Shown: positions 41,109 through 52,344, counted from the first letter of the stretch. The stretch is 64,000 nt of DNA from Cyanobacteria bacterium J06626_4 (GCA_038523235.1 JBCBJQ010000022.1:1-64000), one strand, 5' to 3'. Notes: generated from the sequence alone by a model not told the origin. Program-made: numbers and translations.

Positions 41109-42698
41109 ATGAGCAGCCCGATAAATCGCCAATCTGTACTGGTCGCAATCAGCAAGTTAAAGCTGAATCAGCTCGCTCTAAGTCTTCGTCATCCTTGGGG
41201 AATGGTGGGGCTCATCGCCCTATTTTTGATGATGATTGCTCCTCAAGCCATGGCTCAAGATGAGGCCGTCACTGGGGCTGATGTCATCTTTAAGCCCATC
41301 GTCGATGTGATGGGCACCTTACTCTTTTTTAAGATCGGTGGGGAAAATGGCTTTCCCTTTATTGTGCTTTGGCTGCTGGTCGGGGCTGTGTTTTTCACCT
41401 TCCGCATGGGGTTTGTCAACCTGCGGGGCTTTAAACATGCGATCGACGTCGTGCAGGGCAAGTTTGATGACCCGAACGACGAAGGAGAAGTCTCGCACTT
41501 TCAAGCGCTGGCGACTGCGGTATCTGGCACTATCGGGCTGGGCAATATTGCTGGGGTGGCAGTGGCGATTCAGCTAGGGGGGCCGGGGGCAATGTTTTGG
41601 CTGACCTTAGCAGGCTTTTGCGGCATGGTCACCAAGTTTGTTGAATGCTCGCTCGCGGTGAAATATCGCCGCATTGCTGAAGATGGCACGGTTTTGGGTG
41701 GCCCGATGTATTACCTGACCCGAGGGTTGTCGCCCAAAGGGATGCGGCCTTTGGGCCAGGGCTTAGCCGTCTTGTTTTGCATCCTCTGTATTGGGGGCAG
41801 CTTGGGCGGCGCGAATATGTTCCAGTCTAACCAGGCCTATGCAGCCATCAGCAGCTTAATTCCAGGCCTACCGGCTTGGTTGTTTGGCATCATTTTGGCA
41901 GGCTTGGCAGGTTTTGTGATTATTGGTGGCATTCGTCGCATTGGGGGGGTAGCCGAAAAGCTGGTGCCGGCGATGGCGCTCATTTATATTGTCGCCTGCC
42001 TGTTTGTGATTGTGGTCAACATTGGCCAGGTACCCGCCGCGATTGGCACCATCATCAGAGAGGCCTTTGCCCCCACCGCCGCCGTGGGTGGTCTCGTGGG
42101 CGTCCTGGTGCAGGGCGTTCGCCGCAGCTCATTTTCAAATGAGGCAGGTGTGGGCTCAGCTGCGATCGCTCACTCAGCCGCCCGCACTGACGAACACATT
42201 CGCGAAGGCATCGTAGCGCTGCTGGAGCCCTTTATCGATACCATCGTCGTCTGTAACATGACCGCGATCGCGATCGTCATCACTGGGGTATATCAAGACA
42301 CTGGCGAAGCCTTGAGCGGCGTTGCCATGACCTCTAGCGCCTTTGAATCAGTGATCGGCTGGTTCCCTATTGTGCTTAGTATTGCCGTTTGTCTGTTTGC
42401 CTTTTCCACGATTATTTCTTGGAGCTATTACGGCATTCAGGCTTGGACTTATTTGTTTGGTGCAGGCAGCACGCTGGTGTTCAAGATCCTCTACATTACC
42501 TGCACGTTCTTAGGGTGTTTGACTAGCTTGGGCCTGATTATCGACTTTAGCGATTTGATGCTGCTAGGGATGGCGTTCCCTAACTTGATTGGCTGCTATA
42601 TTCTTTCGAATGAGATCGCCAAAGACCTTAAAGAGTATTTGCAGCGCCTTAGCTCTGGCGATATGTTGACCTATGAGCAGATGGCGGAAGAGAGCTAG
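41109..42698 (+). CDS. Alanine/glycine:cation symporter (AGCS)
   Basis: GTIGLGNIAGVA, GGPMYY, FSNEAGVGS and LLEPFIDT motifs. Confidence 0.94.
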   Translation: MSSPINRQSVLVAISKLKLNQLALSLRHPWGMVGLIALFLMMIAPQAMAQDEAVTGADVIFKPIVDVMGTLLFFKIGGENGFPFIVLWLLVGAVFFTFRMGFVNLRGFKHAIDVVQGKFDDPNDEGEVSHFQALATAVSGTIGLGNIAGVAVAIQLGGPGAMFWLTLAGFCGMVTKFVECSLAVKYRRIAEDGTVLGGPMYYLTRGLSPKGMRPLGQGLAVLFCILCIGGSLGGANMFQSNQAYAAISSLIPGLPAWLFGIILAGLAGFVIIGGIRRIGGVAEKLVPAMALIYIVACLFVIVVNIGQVPAAIGTIIREAFAPTAAVGGLVGVLVQGVRRSSFSNEAGVGSAAIAHSAARTDEHIREGIVALLEPFIDTIVVCNMTAIAIVITGVYQDTGEALSGVAMTSSAFESVIGWFPIVLSIAVCLFAFSTIISWSYYGIQAWTYLFGAGSTLVFKILYITCTFLGCLTSLGLIIDFSDLMLLGMAFPNLIGCYILSNEIAKDLKEYLQRLSSGDMLTYEQMAEES

Positions 42699-42771
42699 GT
42701 GCTCCCTGATTTATTCTGCCGACCATAAGTTACGGAAAGACTGACCTAATTTTCCGTAAGTGCGTCAAGCT

Positions 42772-42816
42772 ATCCAGAGGCCCCTTAGATCTTCTCGGTC
42801 TAAGGGGTCTCTGGAT
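42772..42816. terminator. Long stem-loop between convergent genes
   Basis: ATCCAGAGGCCCCTTAGAT...GTCTAAGGGGTCTCTGGAT. Confidence 0.65.
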
Positions 42817-43150
42817 CTTTGCGGGTCCCTACGCCTTGCCCGTCAGTGGACTGCACCCAAAAACCTTAAGCAGGAGGAAAGAGGCCACATGCTCATTTTG
42901 GCGAACAGCTGTTCGAGGATGAGAGATGATCATTGATGCATTTTGCCAGCGTTTGTCGTCGCGACCAGATCAACGATCAGGCAACAATACTCGCGATGAC
43001 ATGGACAACGTTGCGCTGAGCACGTTCACGTTGTTTTTACTCAAACGCCTTCCTTTATGCGCAAAGTGACCAGTGTTTCTAAAGCGGCGATCTCTCCCTG
43101 CTCCAGCGGGATCAATCAACGATCGCGGTTGGCGACTGGGTCAAAATCTT

Positions 43151-45043
43151 CTACAGGACTTCGGGAGGGAAGTGATGAGTGGCGATGCAATAGCGATCAC
43201 GGCCTTTCGATTTAGCCGCATAAAGTGCCCGATCCGCAAGATTGACAAAAGCTTCAGGCGTAGTTTGCTTGTTGGGGACAATCGTGGCAATCCCGATGCT
43301 CACGGTGACTTGCTTTTTATGAGAAGCCGCATGGGGAATCTGCATGTCTTTAAGAGCCTGAATGATATCTACGGCGACGTGAACGCCACCATCCACTGCG
43401 GTATTGGGCATGGTAATGGTAAATTCTTCGCCGCCATAGCGAGCCACAAAGTCAGCCGGTCGTCGTGCCGCGGCTAATAAAACATTCGCAATGGTTTGGA
43501 GACAGCGATCGCCCTCTTGATGACCGTAGGTGTCGTTATATTTTTTGAAGTAATCGACGTCGCATAAAAGTAACGTTAATGGCTGCTGGTCTCGTAGCAG
43601 TCGTTGCCATTCATGCTCTAGATGACTGTTAAAAGAACGGCGATTAGCGGTTTGAGTCAGGTCATCAATTCGAGAAAGTTTGCGGAGTTCTTGATTGAGT
43701 CGCGTCAACTCTGTCGTGCGATCGTCAACGCGCGTTTCTAAGTTTTTAAACGATGCTTGCAGTTCTTGAGTCATGGTTGAAAAAGATCGCGACAAATCAC
43801 CAATCACGTCAGCGCGATCAACATCAGAAACACTATGCCACTTACCATTGGCAATGTCTTTGGCGGTGACGCTGAGCCGCAGTAGCGGCTGGGTAAGCCA
43901 TTGAGTGATCAGTAAGCCAATAAAAACGGTTACTAATAAGGCCACAACACACAAAATAACCGTAATTTGGGTATTGCGATTAATGCGTGCCATAAAATCA
44001 TTCTCAGGAACGACCAACACCACGATCCAATCTAATCCGTGAGGATCGTTGAAGCGTACCACCTGAATGTATTGCCGCTGACCTTCTAACAGAAAGACAT
44101 GCTGGGCTGACTCGACATTGCCTAAGCCGTTGTGGGTCTGATCTAAACGGTTGCTAATGCCTTGAATTAGCGAATTGTCACTATCTTTGGCTGCGAGTAG
44201 CTGGCTATTTTCTCCTGTGCCGGAAATGATGGGATCGGCGGTTGAGCTGGCGAGTAATGAACCGGCTGGATTCACAATAAAAGCAATGCCCGTCTCACTG
44301 ATTTTCAGCTCTTGGAGAAACTTATTCAGCTCTTGAGAAAGGATGATGTCAGTGGCACAGACCCCTAAAATTTCGCCGTTATTGCTGTTATAGATCGGTG
44401 TATTAGCGGTGATGGTCGGCAGTTGGGTATCAAAGTCAAGGTAAATATCGCTCCAGATTTGGTCTCGTTGGGCTTTAGCTTTTTGATACCAGGGGCGTAG
44501 ACGCGGATCGTAGGTTTCTACCCCTTGGCTGCGAAGAAAAGAACGATTGCCAAAAGAATCGGCCTCATAATAATAAAAGTAGTAATCGGTAGCTTCACTC
44601 GAAGCTTGAATTCGTAGCATCTCACTATTGCTATCGATAAATCGTCCGACGCCTAAAAAGGCCCCGTCGGCTTCTGTGGCGCAGTAAATCAGATTGGTCG
44701 AGGGAAAAACTCTGGCCTGCTGCCACAGTTGATGTTCTCCTTCGCCAGTCGCGACATTCAGGTCTCCTTGCAGGAGAGAGTTAGCATTGATCTGATTAAT
44801 GATATAGGGCCGCTCTACGACTGTTTGAATCTGCTGTAAAATGCGGCCCGTGAGTTCACTCCGGAGTTGTGATGCGAGGTCGTTTACGGTGGCCTGACCG
44901 TTTTGAAAAGACAGGTAACCGACAACGCCCACAACGCCAATCACTTGGGCAACAAAAGGAATAGTCAGGACAGTGCGTAGAGGGAGTCGATTGAGGATTT
45001 TGGTCAGCAAAGATACGATTAAGTGACGAGTCAATTTCCTCAT
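43151..45043 (-). CDS. Membrane diguanylate cyclase (dCache-HAMP-GGDEF)
   Basis: TM, YDPRLRPWY Cache motif, TM, HAMP, RxxD I-site and GGEEF. Confidence 0.93.
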   Translation of the reverse strand: MRKLTRHLIVSLLTKILNRLPLRTVLTIPFVAQVIGVVGVVGYLSFQNGQATVNDLASQLRSELTGRILQQIQTVVERPYIINQINANSLLQGDLNVATGEGEHQLWQQARVFPSTNLIYCATEADGAFLGVGRFIDSNSEMLRIQASSEATDYYFYYYEADSFGNRSFLRSQGVETYDPRLRPWYQKAKAQRDQIWSDIYLDFDTQLPTITANTPIYNSNNGEILGVCATDIILSQELNKFLQELKISETGIAFIVNPAGSLLASSTADPIISGTGENSQLLAAKDSDNSLIQGISNRLDQTHNGLGNVESAQHVFLLEGQRQYIQVVRFNDPHGLDWIVVLVVPENDFMARINRNTQITVILCVVALLVTVFIGLLITQWLTQPLLRLSVTAKDIANGKWHSVSDVDRADVIGDLSRSFSTMTQELQASFKNLETRVDDRTTELTRLNQELRKLSRIDDLTQTANRRSFNSHLEHEWQRLLRDQQPLTLLLCDVDYFKKYNDTYGHQEGDRCLQTIANVLLAAARRPADFVARYGGEEFTITMPNTAVDGGVHVAVDIIQALKDMQIPHAASHKKQVTVSIGIATIVPNKQTTPEAFVNLADRALYAAKSKGRDRYCIATHHFPPEVL

Positions 45044-45368
45044 TTTATCGCTTACTTGAAAAAACGCTGTGATGACTAAGACATCACGTTTTTAATATTG
45101 AAAGTTGCAAAATATTAATATTTGACAACTGGGATAATACGCAAAAAGAGTCTGCAATCTATCGCTCCACGACAGTAGCTCAAGACAATTTTGGGCGGAC
45201 TCTTTGATTCGAGGAGTGGAAGCCGTGGGCATCCAGGATGTGTTTTGGCTCAATCGGTGGAGGATAGCGTATCAACGGCCAGCGATCGCCACTGCAGCTC
45301 AGGTGTCTGTTCATCTGCCACGTGTTGGAAGAATTAGGATGGGTAAACCTGGCTCTACATCCTGATTT

Positions 45369-45968
45369 ATGAGTGCGATCGCGTGGCCGTTAACGATTGA
45401 GACTGAGCGCCTGATGCTGCGTTCACAAAAACCCAGTGATTACGATGTCTGGCGAGCCGGTTTTGCGGAGCGACTCCCCCAGCAGTACCCCTATGACGAA
45501 GGGCCGGTTGACTTAGCAGGCTGTGACGCTGATTGGTTTGTCGGCTTATGTGAGCGGCATCAAGCTCAGGCCATCAGCGATGACGCCTATATTTTCGGTG
45601 TCTTTTCTCGGCTGACCCATCAGCATCTCGGGCACGTCGATCTTTCTACTATTCAGCGAGAAGAGAAGCAGTGGGCTAATTTGGGCTACAGCATCCACAA
45701 TCAGCATTGGCGGCAGGGGTTTGGCAAAGAGGCGGTGAGTGCTGCCCTCAAAGTGGGGTTCGAAAATTTGGGCTATCACCGCATCGAGGCGGCGATTAAT
45801 CTCGACAATTATCCTTCCATTGCGCTGGCTCAAGCGGTGGGGCTGCAGCGAGAAGGCCTGCGTCGGGGCTTTTATTATGAAAATGAGCAGTGGGTTGACC
45901 ACCTCATTTATGTGGCACTGCCGACTGATTTGGGTCTAGTTGAGAGACCGCCAGCGATCGCCCTCTGA
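45369..45968 (+). CDS. GNAT acetyltransferase (RimJ/RimL-like)
   Basis: ETERL.LR, LGYSI...WRQGFGKEA and N.PS motifs. Confidence 0.9.
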   Translation: MSAIAWPLTIETERLMLRSQKPSDYDVWRAGFAERLPQQYPYDEGPVDLAGCDADWFVGLCERHQAQAISDDAYIFGVFSRLTHQHLGHVDLSTIQREEKQWANLGYSIHNQHWRQGFGKEAVSAALKVGFENLGYHRIEAAINLDNYPSIALAQAVGLQREGLRRGFYYENEQWVDHLIYVALPTDLGLVERPPAIAL

Positions 45969-46019
45969 ATGTCCACAATCGGCTCAGTATTGACGATTGG
46001 AGTAAGGCGTCTCTGTGCC

Positions 46020-46871
46020 TCAACCCAGCTCGAACGAGGTAACGCCAAAGATCTTGTCAGTTGGCAGTTTGGGTACCATGGGTAAGTACATGCGGGCGGT
46101 TTCAAACATGCTGGTCATCGCATACTTTGCGGCCAAGGCCACCGCTGCCGCGTTCACTTCCGGCACATCCAGATAAAACGGCTGTCCTGCCTTAACCTGG
46201 GCCTTTAGCGCTAAGAACAGAGTTTCTGCAATAGCTGAATTGTCGGCCAATAGTGGGCCAATTTTGTAGCCTTGGCGGCAAGGCCGCAGCAGACCATAGC
46301 CCATCAGCGAGTCATTATGCACTACGGCGATCGCATTGCTGTCGGGTTGGTTGAGCCAGCACTGCAAAAAAGCGGAGCGCTCCTCTGGAAAATACTGGCG
46401 GTCATACTCGATTACCTGAGTCATGGGCACGTTGGCCAGCGGTGTTACCGGATTGGCAGGGCCATTCACGGGCATGGCATCCCCCCAACCCTCATAGCGA
46501 ATGTTGCGGTAAGCCAGCTGAAAGCCTGACTTTAAATAGTTGCTTTGCTGATCGACGACGCCATCAAGGCCAATGGTCCGGTTTTGCAGCGAGTCCAGCC
46601 CCGCCTGCCAGATCTGCCAGCCATACCCTTGGCCGCGAAAAGCCGGTTTGACCAGATAAAATCCCAAAAAGCCAAAAGATGTGCCGTATTTAACTACCGA
46701 AATAGCGGCGATCGGCTCATCATCCAACCAGCCCATCAAAAATCCCTCAGGGTCAGCTGCATAAAAGCAGTCGGCGTCGTGCAAACCCGGATTCCAGCCC
46801 TCGGCGGCAGCCCAGTTGATCGCCCGATCCAGGTCACGGCGAGCCATGTGTTTGAGGGTGTAATTTGCCAT
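46020..46871 (-). CDS. Tandem GNAT acetyltransferase (YitH-like)
   Basis: EGWNPG, FRGQGYG, KIGPL and FETARMY motifs. Confidence 0.88.
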   Translation of the reverse strand: MANYTLKHMARRDLDRAINWAAAEGWNPGLHDADCFYAADPEGFLMGWLDDEPIAAISVVKYGTSFGFLGFYLVKPAFRGQGYGWQIWQAGLDSLQNRTIGLDGVVDQQSNYLKSGFQLAYRNIRYEGWGDAMPVNGPANPVTPLANVPMTQVIEYDRQYFPEERSAFLQCWLNQPDSNAIAVVHNDSLMGYGLLRPCRQGYKIGPLLADNSAIAETLFLALKAQVKAGQPFYLDVPEVNAAAVALAAKYAMTSMFETARMYLPMVPKLPTDKIFGVTSFELG

Positions 46872-46928
46872 ACGCTGTTACCTAATTCCCTAATTCAAAG
46901 TTTTCCTGAAACTGAGGTCAAACGTTCG

Positions 46929-47849
46929 ATGTCTTCCCGTTATCCCCGTGATCTTATCGGCTATGGTCAGACCCCGCCGTTGCCCCACTGGCCTGATGAT
47001 GCTCGGCTCGCCCTACAATTTGTCATCAATTATGAGGAAGGGGGCGAAAACTCGATTTTGCATGGGGATGCGGCTTCAGAAGCCTTTTTATCGGAAATTA
47101 TTGGGGCCGAGCCGCTCCTGGGTGTTCGCCATCTCAATATGGAATCGATGTATGAATATGGCAGTCGGGCCGGCTTTTGGCGGCTGCATCGGCTGTTTAC
47201 CCAGCGGCAGCTTCCCCTGACGGTTTACGCCATCGCCATGGCTTTAGAGCGTCATCCCGAGGCGGGCCAAGCCATGGTTGAGGCGGGATGGGAAGTCGCT
47301 AGCCACGGCTATCGGTGGATCGATTATCAATATGTGAGTGAGGCGACCGAGCGCGAGCATATTCAAAAAGCGATCGCGATTCATACTCAGGTGATTGGCA
47401 GTCGCCCCCTCGGGTTTTATCAGGGTCGTGTGAGCCCCAACACCCGCCGCCTAGTGATGGAAGAGGGGGGCTTTCTCTACGACGCCGACAGCTATGCCGA
47501 CGATTTGCCCTATTGGGTCACCGAGGGCGATCACCCGCATCTCGTGATTCCCTACACGTTAGATACCAACGATATGCGCTTCGCCACCGCCCAAGGCTTC
47601 AACTCGGGCGATCAGTTTTTCACCTATCTGCGCGATGCCTTTGATGTGCTCTACGCCGAGGGGGAAACCGCCCCCAAAATGATGAGTGTCGGGCTGCACT
47701 GTCGCCTTTCCGGTCGCCCAGGACGCACGGCGGCGCTGGCTCGGTTCCTCGACCATGTGCAGAAGCATGAGCAAGTCTGGATCTGCCGCCGGGTCGATAT
47801 TGCCCGCCACTGGCACACCCACCATCCGGTGACGAGTCCCCAAGCTTGA
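46929..47849 (+). CDS. puuE: Allantoinase PuuE (polysaccharide deacetylase fold)
   Basis: YPRDLIGYG, INYEEGGE, YEYGSRAGFWR and GLHCRLSGRPGR motifs. Confidence 0.93.
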   Translation: MSSRYPRDLIGYGQTPPLPHWPDDARLALQFVINYEEGGENSILHGDAASEAFLSEIIGAEPLLGVRHLNMESMYEYGSRAGFWRLHRLFTQRQLPLTVYAIAMALERHPEAGQAMVEAGWEVASHGYRWIDYQYVSEATEREHIQKAIAIHTQVIGSRPLGFYQGRVSPNTRRLVMEEGGFLYDADSYADDLPYWVTEGDHPHLVIPYTLDTNDMRFATAQGFNSGDQFFTYLRDAFDVLYAEGETAPKMMSVGLHCRLSGRPGRTAALARFLDHVQKHEQVWICRRVDIARHWHTHHPVTSPQA

Positions 47850-47968
47850 CCCCTGACGAGAGGGAGATTGGCACTTAAATAGTGTCCCTAGGACTGCCAA
47901 TTTCGGTCAGGGTTTGACACTGCCAAGTCCCTGCGATCGGGGCGACTATTGGTGAGCAACTCTCTAGG

Positions 47969-49804
47969 CTACTCGGTAGATTCGGCTTCAGCTTCCGGCG
48001 CTGCTGGATCGGCCTCAGCGGGCGGCTCACCCTCCGGTGGGCTCTCTTCTGTAGGGCTCGACTCCGACGGCTCAGCTTCCGGCGCCTCCGGCTCCGACGC
48101 ACTGCTGGGCAGCGGCCCCGGACGATTACCGCGCTTGAGCGCTAGATACAGGTCATAGCGCAGGCGTTGTTCATCTAACACCGTTGCGGTGACCCCGATC
48201 GCCTGCATTGCCTTAAGCAACCCTTGATTTTCAATTGAGAGATCAGGCAAGAACAGGTTGTTTTCGGTTTGACTCAGGGCTGCGAGATTGACATAAAAGT
48301 AACCGTTGTTGGGATAGGGTGCACCGCCGGTCGTGAGCTGAAACAGGGGCGAGCGGGCTAGCGATCGCCGAGGTTGAGGCACGATCAGCTCATCTGTCTT
48401 TGGCCCCACTGTTAAAAAGGCAATATTGCTCTCTAGCCAGCCCCGCGCCAGCATGGTGGATTCAAAGGGCGACGTCCAGCGTACCCGTTCCACATCCTCA
48501 GCGGGTTCTTCGGTGAGCGTGAAGCGATACCGATTTTCGACCACCTCATCGAGTCGCGCAAAGGTTTGCTCGGCCTGCGGGCGATCGCTGACCTGCGCCA
48601 GCACTACCAGACTCGGATTCGGCAAGGTCGGGGTGGCCTCAGCCTCTGAGTCGGCACTGGGTGGCGGCATCAGAGCCAGGGCAAACTCCCCCCCCAGCCA
48701 GGGCAGCAGGTCATCTTCTAAGGTCAGGCCAGTGCTACCCTGCAGCGCTAGCGCCAAATTATCGGGGTTGAGGGCCGTCAGAGCGCCCCAGTTTTGGCGA
48801 TCGCTGAGGTCTTGCCAAAACTGCTGAAAGTTGCCCCCAGAGGCCATCACTAAGGTGTCATTGGGCAAATACTCGGGCAGTTGGGCCGGTACGTTGGTAT
48901 CGACATAGGCGCGGTCACTGTCGGGGCCGAACCAGCTTGTGCTCGCTATCTGCAGGCCCTGTGACTGCAGGGTCATCGTCGCGGCCAGCCCTCGGCTATC
49001 TTGAAAGCTGTTGAGCAGCGCCGTCGGCAGGGCGGGTTGGGCCGACTGGGCCAGCAGTTGCGCCGCCGCTGGCACATTCAGATACACCTTGCTAAAGGCC
49101 TGGGGTACGCCGATGTGCTCGAACGAGCGGCGGTAACCGGCTAAATCAGCCAGATTTTTGCCTCCCTTGTAGGCATCGATCGCCTGCTGAGCCACGTTTT
49201 CGTCCTCCGCCACCATGATCAATTGGGTGCCGAGTAGCCCAATCAACAGCGCCTCGTTTTCATTCCCTGAGGTGGGCGTCAGCGGCGTGAGGGTGACGCC
49301 GCGATATTCCGTGGGCTCACCCGCTGCGGCGGCTAGAGGAAGGCTCTCGGCCGATATTTGCGCCGCCTCGGGGTCGGCGATCGGCACCAGCAGCAGCCGT
49401 CCCTGTTCGCCCAATGACACCGTGCCTGACTCGTTGCCGGTAACCGATTCGGGCTCTGGCACCCAGGCGATCGTCACTTCAGCATCGATCCACGGGGCAA
49501 TGTCTTCCGCATAGGAAATGTCGTATTGCGTGAGCCAGCGATCGCGCCACTCGGCCAGCTGCCCATCAAAGGTCGCTTGCGTTTCGGGGTTGCCAAACTG
49601 TCGTAGCTGCTGCCACTGCTCAGTGTCCGTCGAGAGGGTGACGGCGGCCACAGCGGCTTGCGGCACGGCTCTGACTCCCACTGGCAGCCCTTGAGCGCGG
49701 GTCAAGCGCCAGCGTAGCCCGACATAGGTCAAGACGCCAGCACTCACCAAGACTAAGGCTGTCCCGATAGTGACGATCAAAGGGGGTTTCTTGACAAAGA
49801 TCAT
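47969..49804 (-). CDS. DUF3352 membrane-anchored protein
   Basis: N-terminal TM, LSTD..QW.QLRQFG, DLLPWLGGEFAL, acidic tail. Confidence 0.85.
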   Translation of the reverse strand: MIFVKKPPLIVTIGTALVLVSAGVLTYVGLRWRLTRAQGLPVGVRAVPQAAVAAVTLSTDTEQWQQLRQFGNPETQATFDGQLAEWRDRWLTQYDISYAEDIAPWIDAEVTIAWVPEPESVTGNESGTVSLGEQGRLLLVPIADPEAAQISAESLPLAAAAGEPTEYRGVTLTPLTPTSGNENEALLIGLLGTQLIMVAEDENVAQQAIDAYKGGKNLADLAGYRRSFEHIGVPQAFSKVYLNVPAAAQLLAQSAQPALPTALLNSFQDSRGLAATMTLQSQGLQIASTSWFGPDSDRAYVDTNVPAQLPEYLPNDTLVMASGGNFQQFWQDLSDRQNWGALTALNPDNLALALQGSTGLTLEDDLLPWLGGEFALALMPPPSADSEAEATPTLPNPSLVVLAQVSDRPQAEQTFARLDEVVENRYRFTLTEEPAEDVERVRWTSPFESTMLARGWLESNIAFLTVGPKTDELIVPQPRRSLARSPLFQLTTGGAPYPNNGYFYVNLAALSQTENNLFLPDLSIENQGLLKAMQAIGVTATVLDEQRLRYDLYLALKRGNRPGPLPSSASEPEAPEAEPSESSPTEESPPEGEPPAEADPAAPEAEAESTE

Positions 49805-50152
49805 GGCAGCTGCCAGGGGCGGATAGGGTAATTAGCCCTGACACTTTAGCAAACCCTTTTCGGAATCATGCGCCGAATGCGCCACTCGTTTCAAGATTGT
49901 TGATAACCCCGCCGGTTTTGATAAAAGATCGGCTAATTTCCAGCCTGGAGGCAATTTTCGCATCCTTCCTTCAGTAGGTTTACGGGGGCTTGAACCCAGT
50001 TGTGCTGCCATTGCGCCGAGCTTATCGAAAACTTTATGGGCTTTGGCCGTAACCTCTGCTAACTTTTACAACACTTGGGGGATACTACTATCGTGTCTGC
50101 CTTGAAGCAGTTCAATCGGCAAATGCTCTCTGTTGTTTAGAGTTTAGGCTTT

Positions 50153-50722
50153 ATGGTTAGCAGCGCACTCACCGCTTCGGCGCGTCCCTCCCTACTCTTC
50201 AGAGGAACGTCGCGATCACACTCAAACCAAGAAGTGGCCGCCTTACATCGAGGTCGCATCTTCGTTGAAACATCCCCTCACGGTCTGACGGGCGGTGCAG
50301 TCACCGCCAAAATGTATGTCAAGGCCACCCGCGCTGATATTTGGGCTCAACTCACCCACTATCCCCGCTGGACTGAATTTTTTCCCAACATTACCCGCAG
50401 CGAAGTGCTGACATCGCACCAAAACTCTCACCGGCTTTATCAAGTCGGACGCAAAGCTTTTTTGGCGCTCGCGGCCGAAGTCGAGATTTATCTCAAAGTT
50501 TACGAGGATGCTTTTCACAGCATTCAGTTTCGCCTTGAGCAGGGCACCTTTCGGGATTTTGGAGCCGACCTCACTTTGCAAGATTGGCAAAACGGTACGC
50601 TGCTCACCTACACCGTCCAGGCCACACCGTTGATTCCAGTCCCGAGTTTTTTGGTTGAGCAGGGCATGCGGCAAGACCTGCCCAGCAATATGGAGCACAT
50701 GCGACGCGCGCTCTGCCGGTAA
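50153..50722 (+). CDS. SRPBCC/polyketide cyclase-like protein
   Basis: IWAQLTHYPRWTEFFPNI, typical of the START fold. Confidence 0.85.
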   Translation: MVSSALTASARPSLLFRGTSRSHSNQEVAALHRGRIFVETSPHGLTGGAVTAKMYVKATRADIWAQLTHYPRWTEFFPNITRSEVLTSHQNSHRLYQVGRKAFLALAAEVEIYLKVYEDAFHSIQFRLEQGTFRDFGADLTLQDWQNGTLLTYTVQATPLIPVPSFLVEQGMRQDLPSNMEHMRRALCR

Positions 50723-50929
50723 GGACGACTCAGACTTGTCATCTGAATCGGTGCTTTGAGTCCGTAGCGCTGGCCCTGCCCAAAGCGTATGCCAACCTCT
50801 ACAGTCCGTAAATTTTGCCCTTCCCGCAGGGGATGCCGCTCTAGCTGCTGATCGAGATGCTAGCTTAAAGTCAGTGTCGGCTGAGCTGCCAACTGCCCAG
50901 GCTACTTCGGCTTGAATTTGTGGTGTCGG

Positions 50930-51379
50930 TCAACCCCGATTTTTAATCGTCATCACCTTCACGATTTGCAGCGCCGTATCGCCCGGTATCTCTAGAATGC
51001 GGTACAGATCATCGAGAAAAGCCTGCTCTTGAGAGGTCACTGTGCCGTCGGACAACACCAGATCAGTGGCCACGGCAAAGGCCGTTTCTCGCAAGTCTTG
51101 CGGTAGCTGGGTTTTGGCTAAGTCAATCAGCGTGCTGGGGCCTTGCAGTTTGAGCATCGATAGCAGCTTGTCAAACATGCGGTGCATAACATCGTGGGAA
51201 TAGCTCTGAAAGATATGCATGCGCGACAGCATGTTGGTCATATCGCGACCTTCTTGATCAGACAGATAGCCGTCAGCGGCGATCGCCACCAGGGCCACGG
51301 CCGCAAACGCTTCTTCTGGTTTTAACTCAATTTGCTTATCAGCCTTCTCTTCGTCAAAAACGCTATCGAATAAGCCCAC
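50930..51379 (-). CDS. TerB-family protein
   Basis: IAADGYLSDQE and DLVLSDG.V...E motifs; GTG start. Confidence 0.88.
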   Translation of the reverse strand: MGLFDSVFDEEKADKQIELKPEEAFAAVALVAIAADGYLSDQEGRDMTNMLSRMHIFQSYSHDVMHRMFDKLLSMLKLQGPSTLIDLAKTQLPQDLRETAFAVATDLVLSDGTVTSQEQAFLDDLYRILEIPGDTALQIVKVMTIKNRG

Positions 51380-51470
51380 GGCCGATACTCCCAAGCTAGC
51401 AATTCTTACCATGATGGCTCAGATCTTCTAGAGTCTTACGGGTTTTTGCGGAGTTGTAACAGGGGAGGAG

Positions 51471-51599
51471 GAGAGAGTGGAGAGTGGGGGGTAGAGAGTG
51501 GAGAGTTGGGGGGTAGAGAGTGGAGAGGGCGGAATTCGGAGTTTTGAAGTCAGAGTTCTGTTTGCGCATTCCGCATTCCGCATTCCGCATTCCGCATTC
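51471..51599. repeat. Short tandem repeats (GA-rich units and heptamer)
   Basis: AGAGAGTGGAGAG units x3 at 51472-51527; CGCATTC x5 at 51565-51599. Confidence 0.85.
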
Positions 51600-51600
51600 T

Positions 51601-52344
51601 CTAACTGCTGAGCCAGCGAGCGATCGCCACCACCATTGGGCCCAGCGCTAACGCTGGCAGAAATGACGCCACGCGAATTTTGGCGATTTCTAGCAGACTG
51701 AAGCCGAGGCCGATAATCATCATGCCGCCGATGCCCGTGGTGAGTAAAACATGGGCATCGGTGGCGGGGTCGGTGAGGCTAGTAGCCAACGTGCCCGCCA
51801 GGAGTGAGAGCCCGCCTTGAATCAGCAGTACCGTGATGGCCGAAAAGCCAACGCCGATGCCGTAGGTGCCGGTGAGAGCGATAGAAGCTAAACCATCCAT
51901 CGCCGACTTGAGCGTTAGCAAGGTGTTGTCACCTGACAGGCCGTTATTGAGGCTGCCGATAATGGTCATGGGGCCGATGCAAAAAAGCAGACTGGCCGCC
52001 ACAAACCCTTCGGTAAAGCGGCCGCCGCCTTTGACCTGGGCTTTGAGCGCTTCGCCGATCGCCATCAGCTTTTTTTCGATCTGCCACCATTCGCCCAACA
52101 GCCCACCGAGTACGAGCGCGAGCAAACCCAAAATGACGCCATCAATGGGGCCAGCCTCGACTTCAAACAGGCTGCGCGACAGGGCAAAGCCAATCACGAG
52201 GGTCAGCAATCCGACGGCTTGGGTGATGATTTGCTGCATGGCAACCGGCAACCGATGCCGCAGCAGCAGTCCGAGGCCAGAGCCAATTAAAACAGTGGCG
52301 ACGTTGATCCAGGTGCCGCTAGTGCGCGCCCAAAAACTCAGCAT
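51601..52344 (-). CDS. DUF554 (YqgA-like) membrane protein
   Basis: GTWIN, EGFVAASLLFCIGPM and KSAMDG motifs. Confidence 0.92.
   Translation of the reverse strand: MLSFWARTSGTWINVATVLIGSGLGLLLRHRLPVAMQQIITQAVGLLTLVIGFALSRSLFEVEAGPIDGVILGLLALVLGGLLGEWWQIEKKLMAIGEALKAQVKGGGRFTEGFVAASLLFCIGPMTIIGSLNNGLSGDNTLLTLKSAMDGLASIALTGTYGIGVGFSAITVLLIQGGLSLLAGTLATSLTDPATDAHVLLTTGIGGMMIIGLGFSLLEIAKIRVASFLPALALGPMVVAIARWLSS

Noticed and set aside
46545..46928. 128-aa N-terminal extension of PuuE in the ORF track
   Set aside because: Overlaps the opposite-strand GNAT gene; PuuE similarity starts at ATG 46929
51396..51590. 64-aa ORF MRNAECGMR...
   Set aside because: Translation of heptamer and GA-rich tandem repeats
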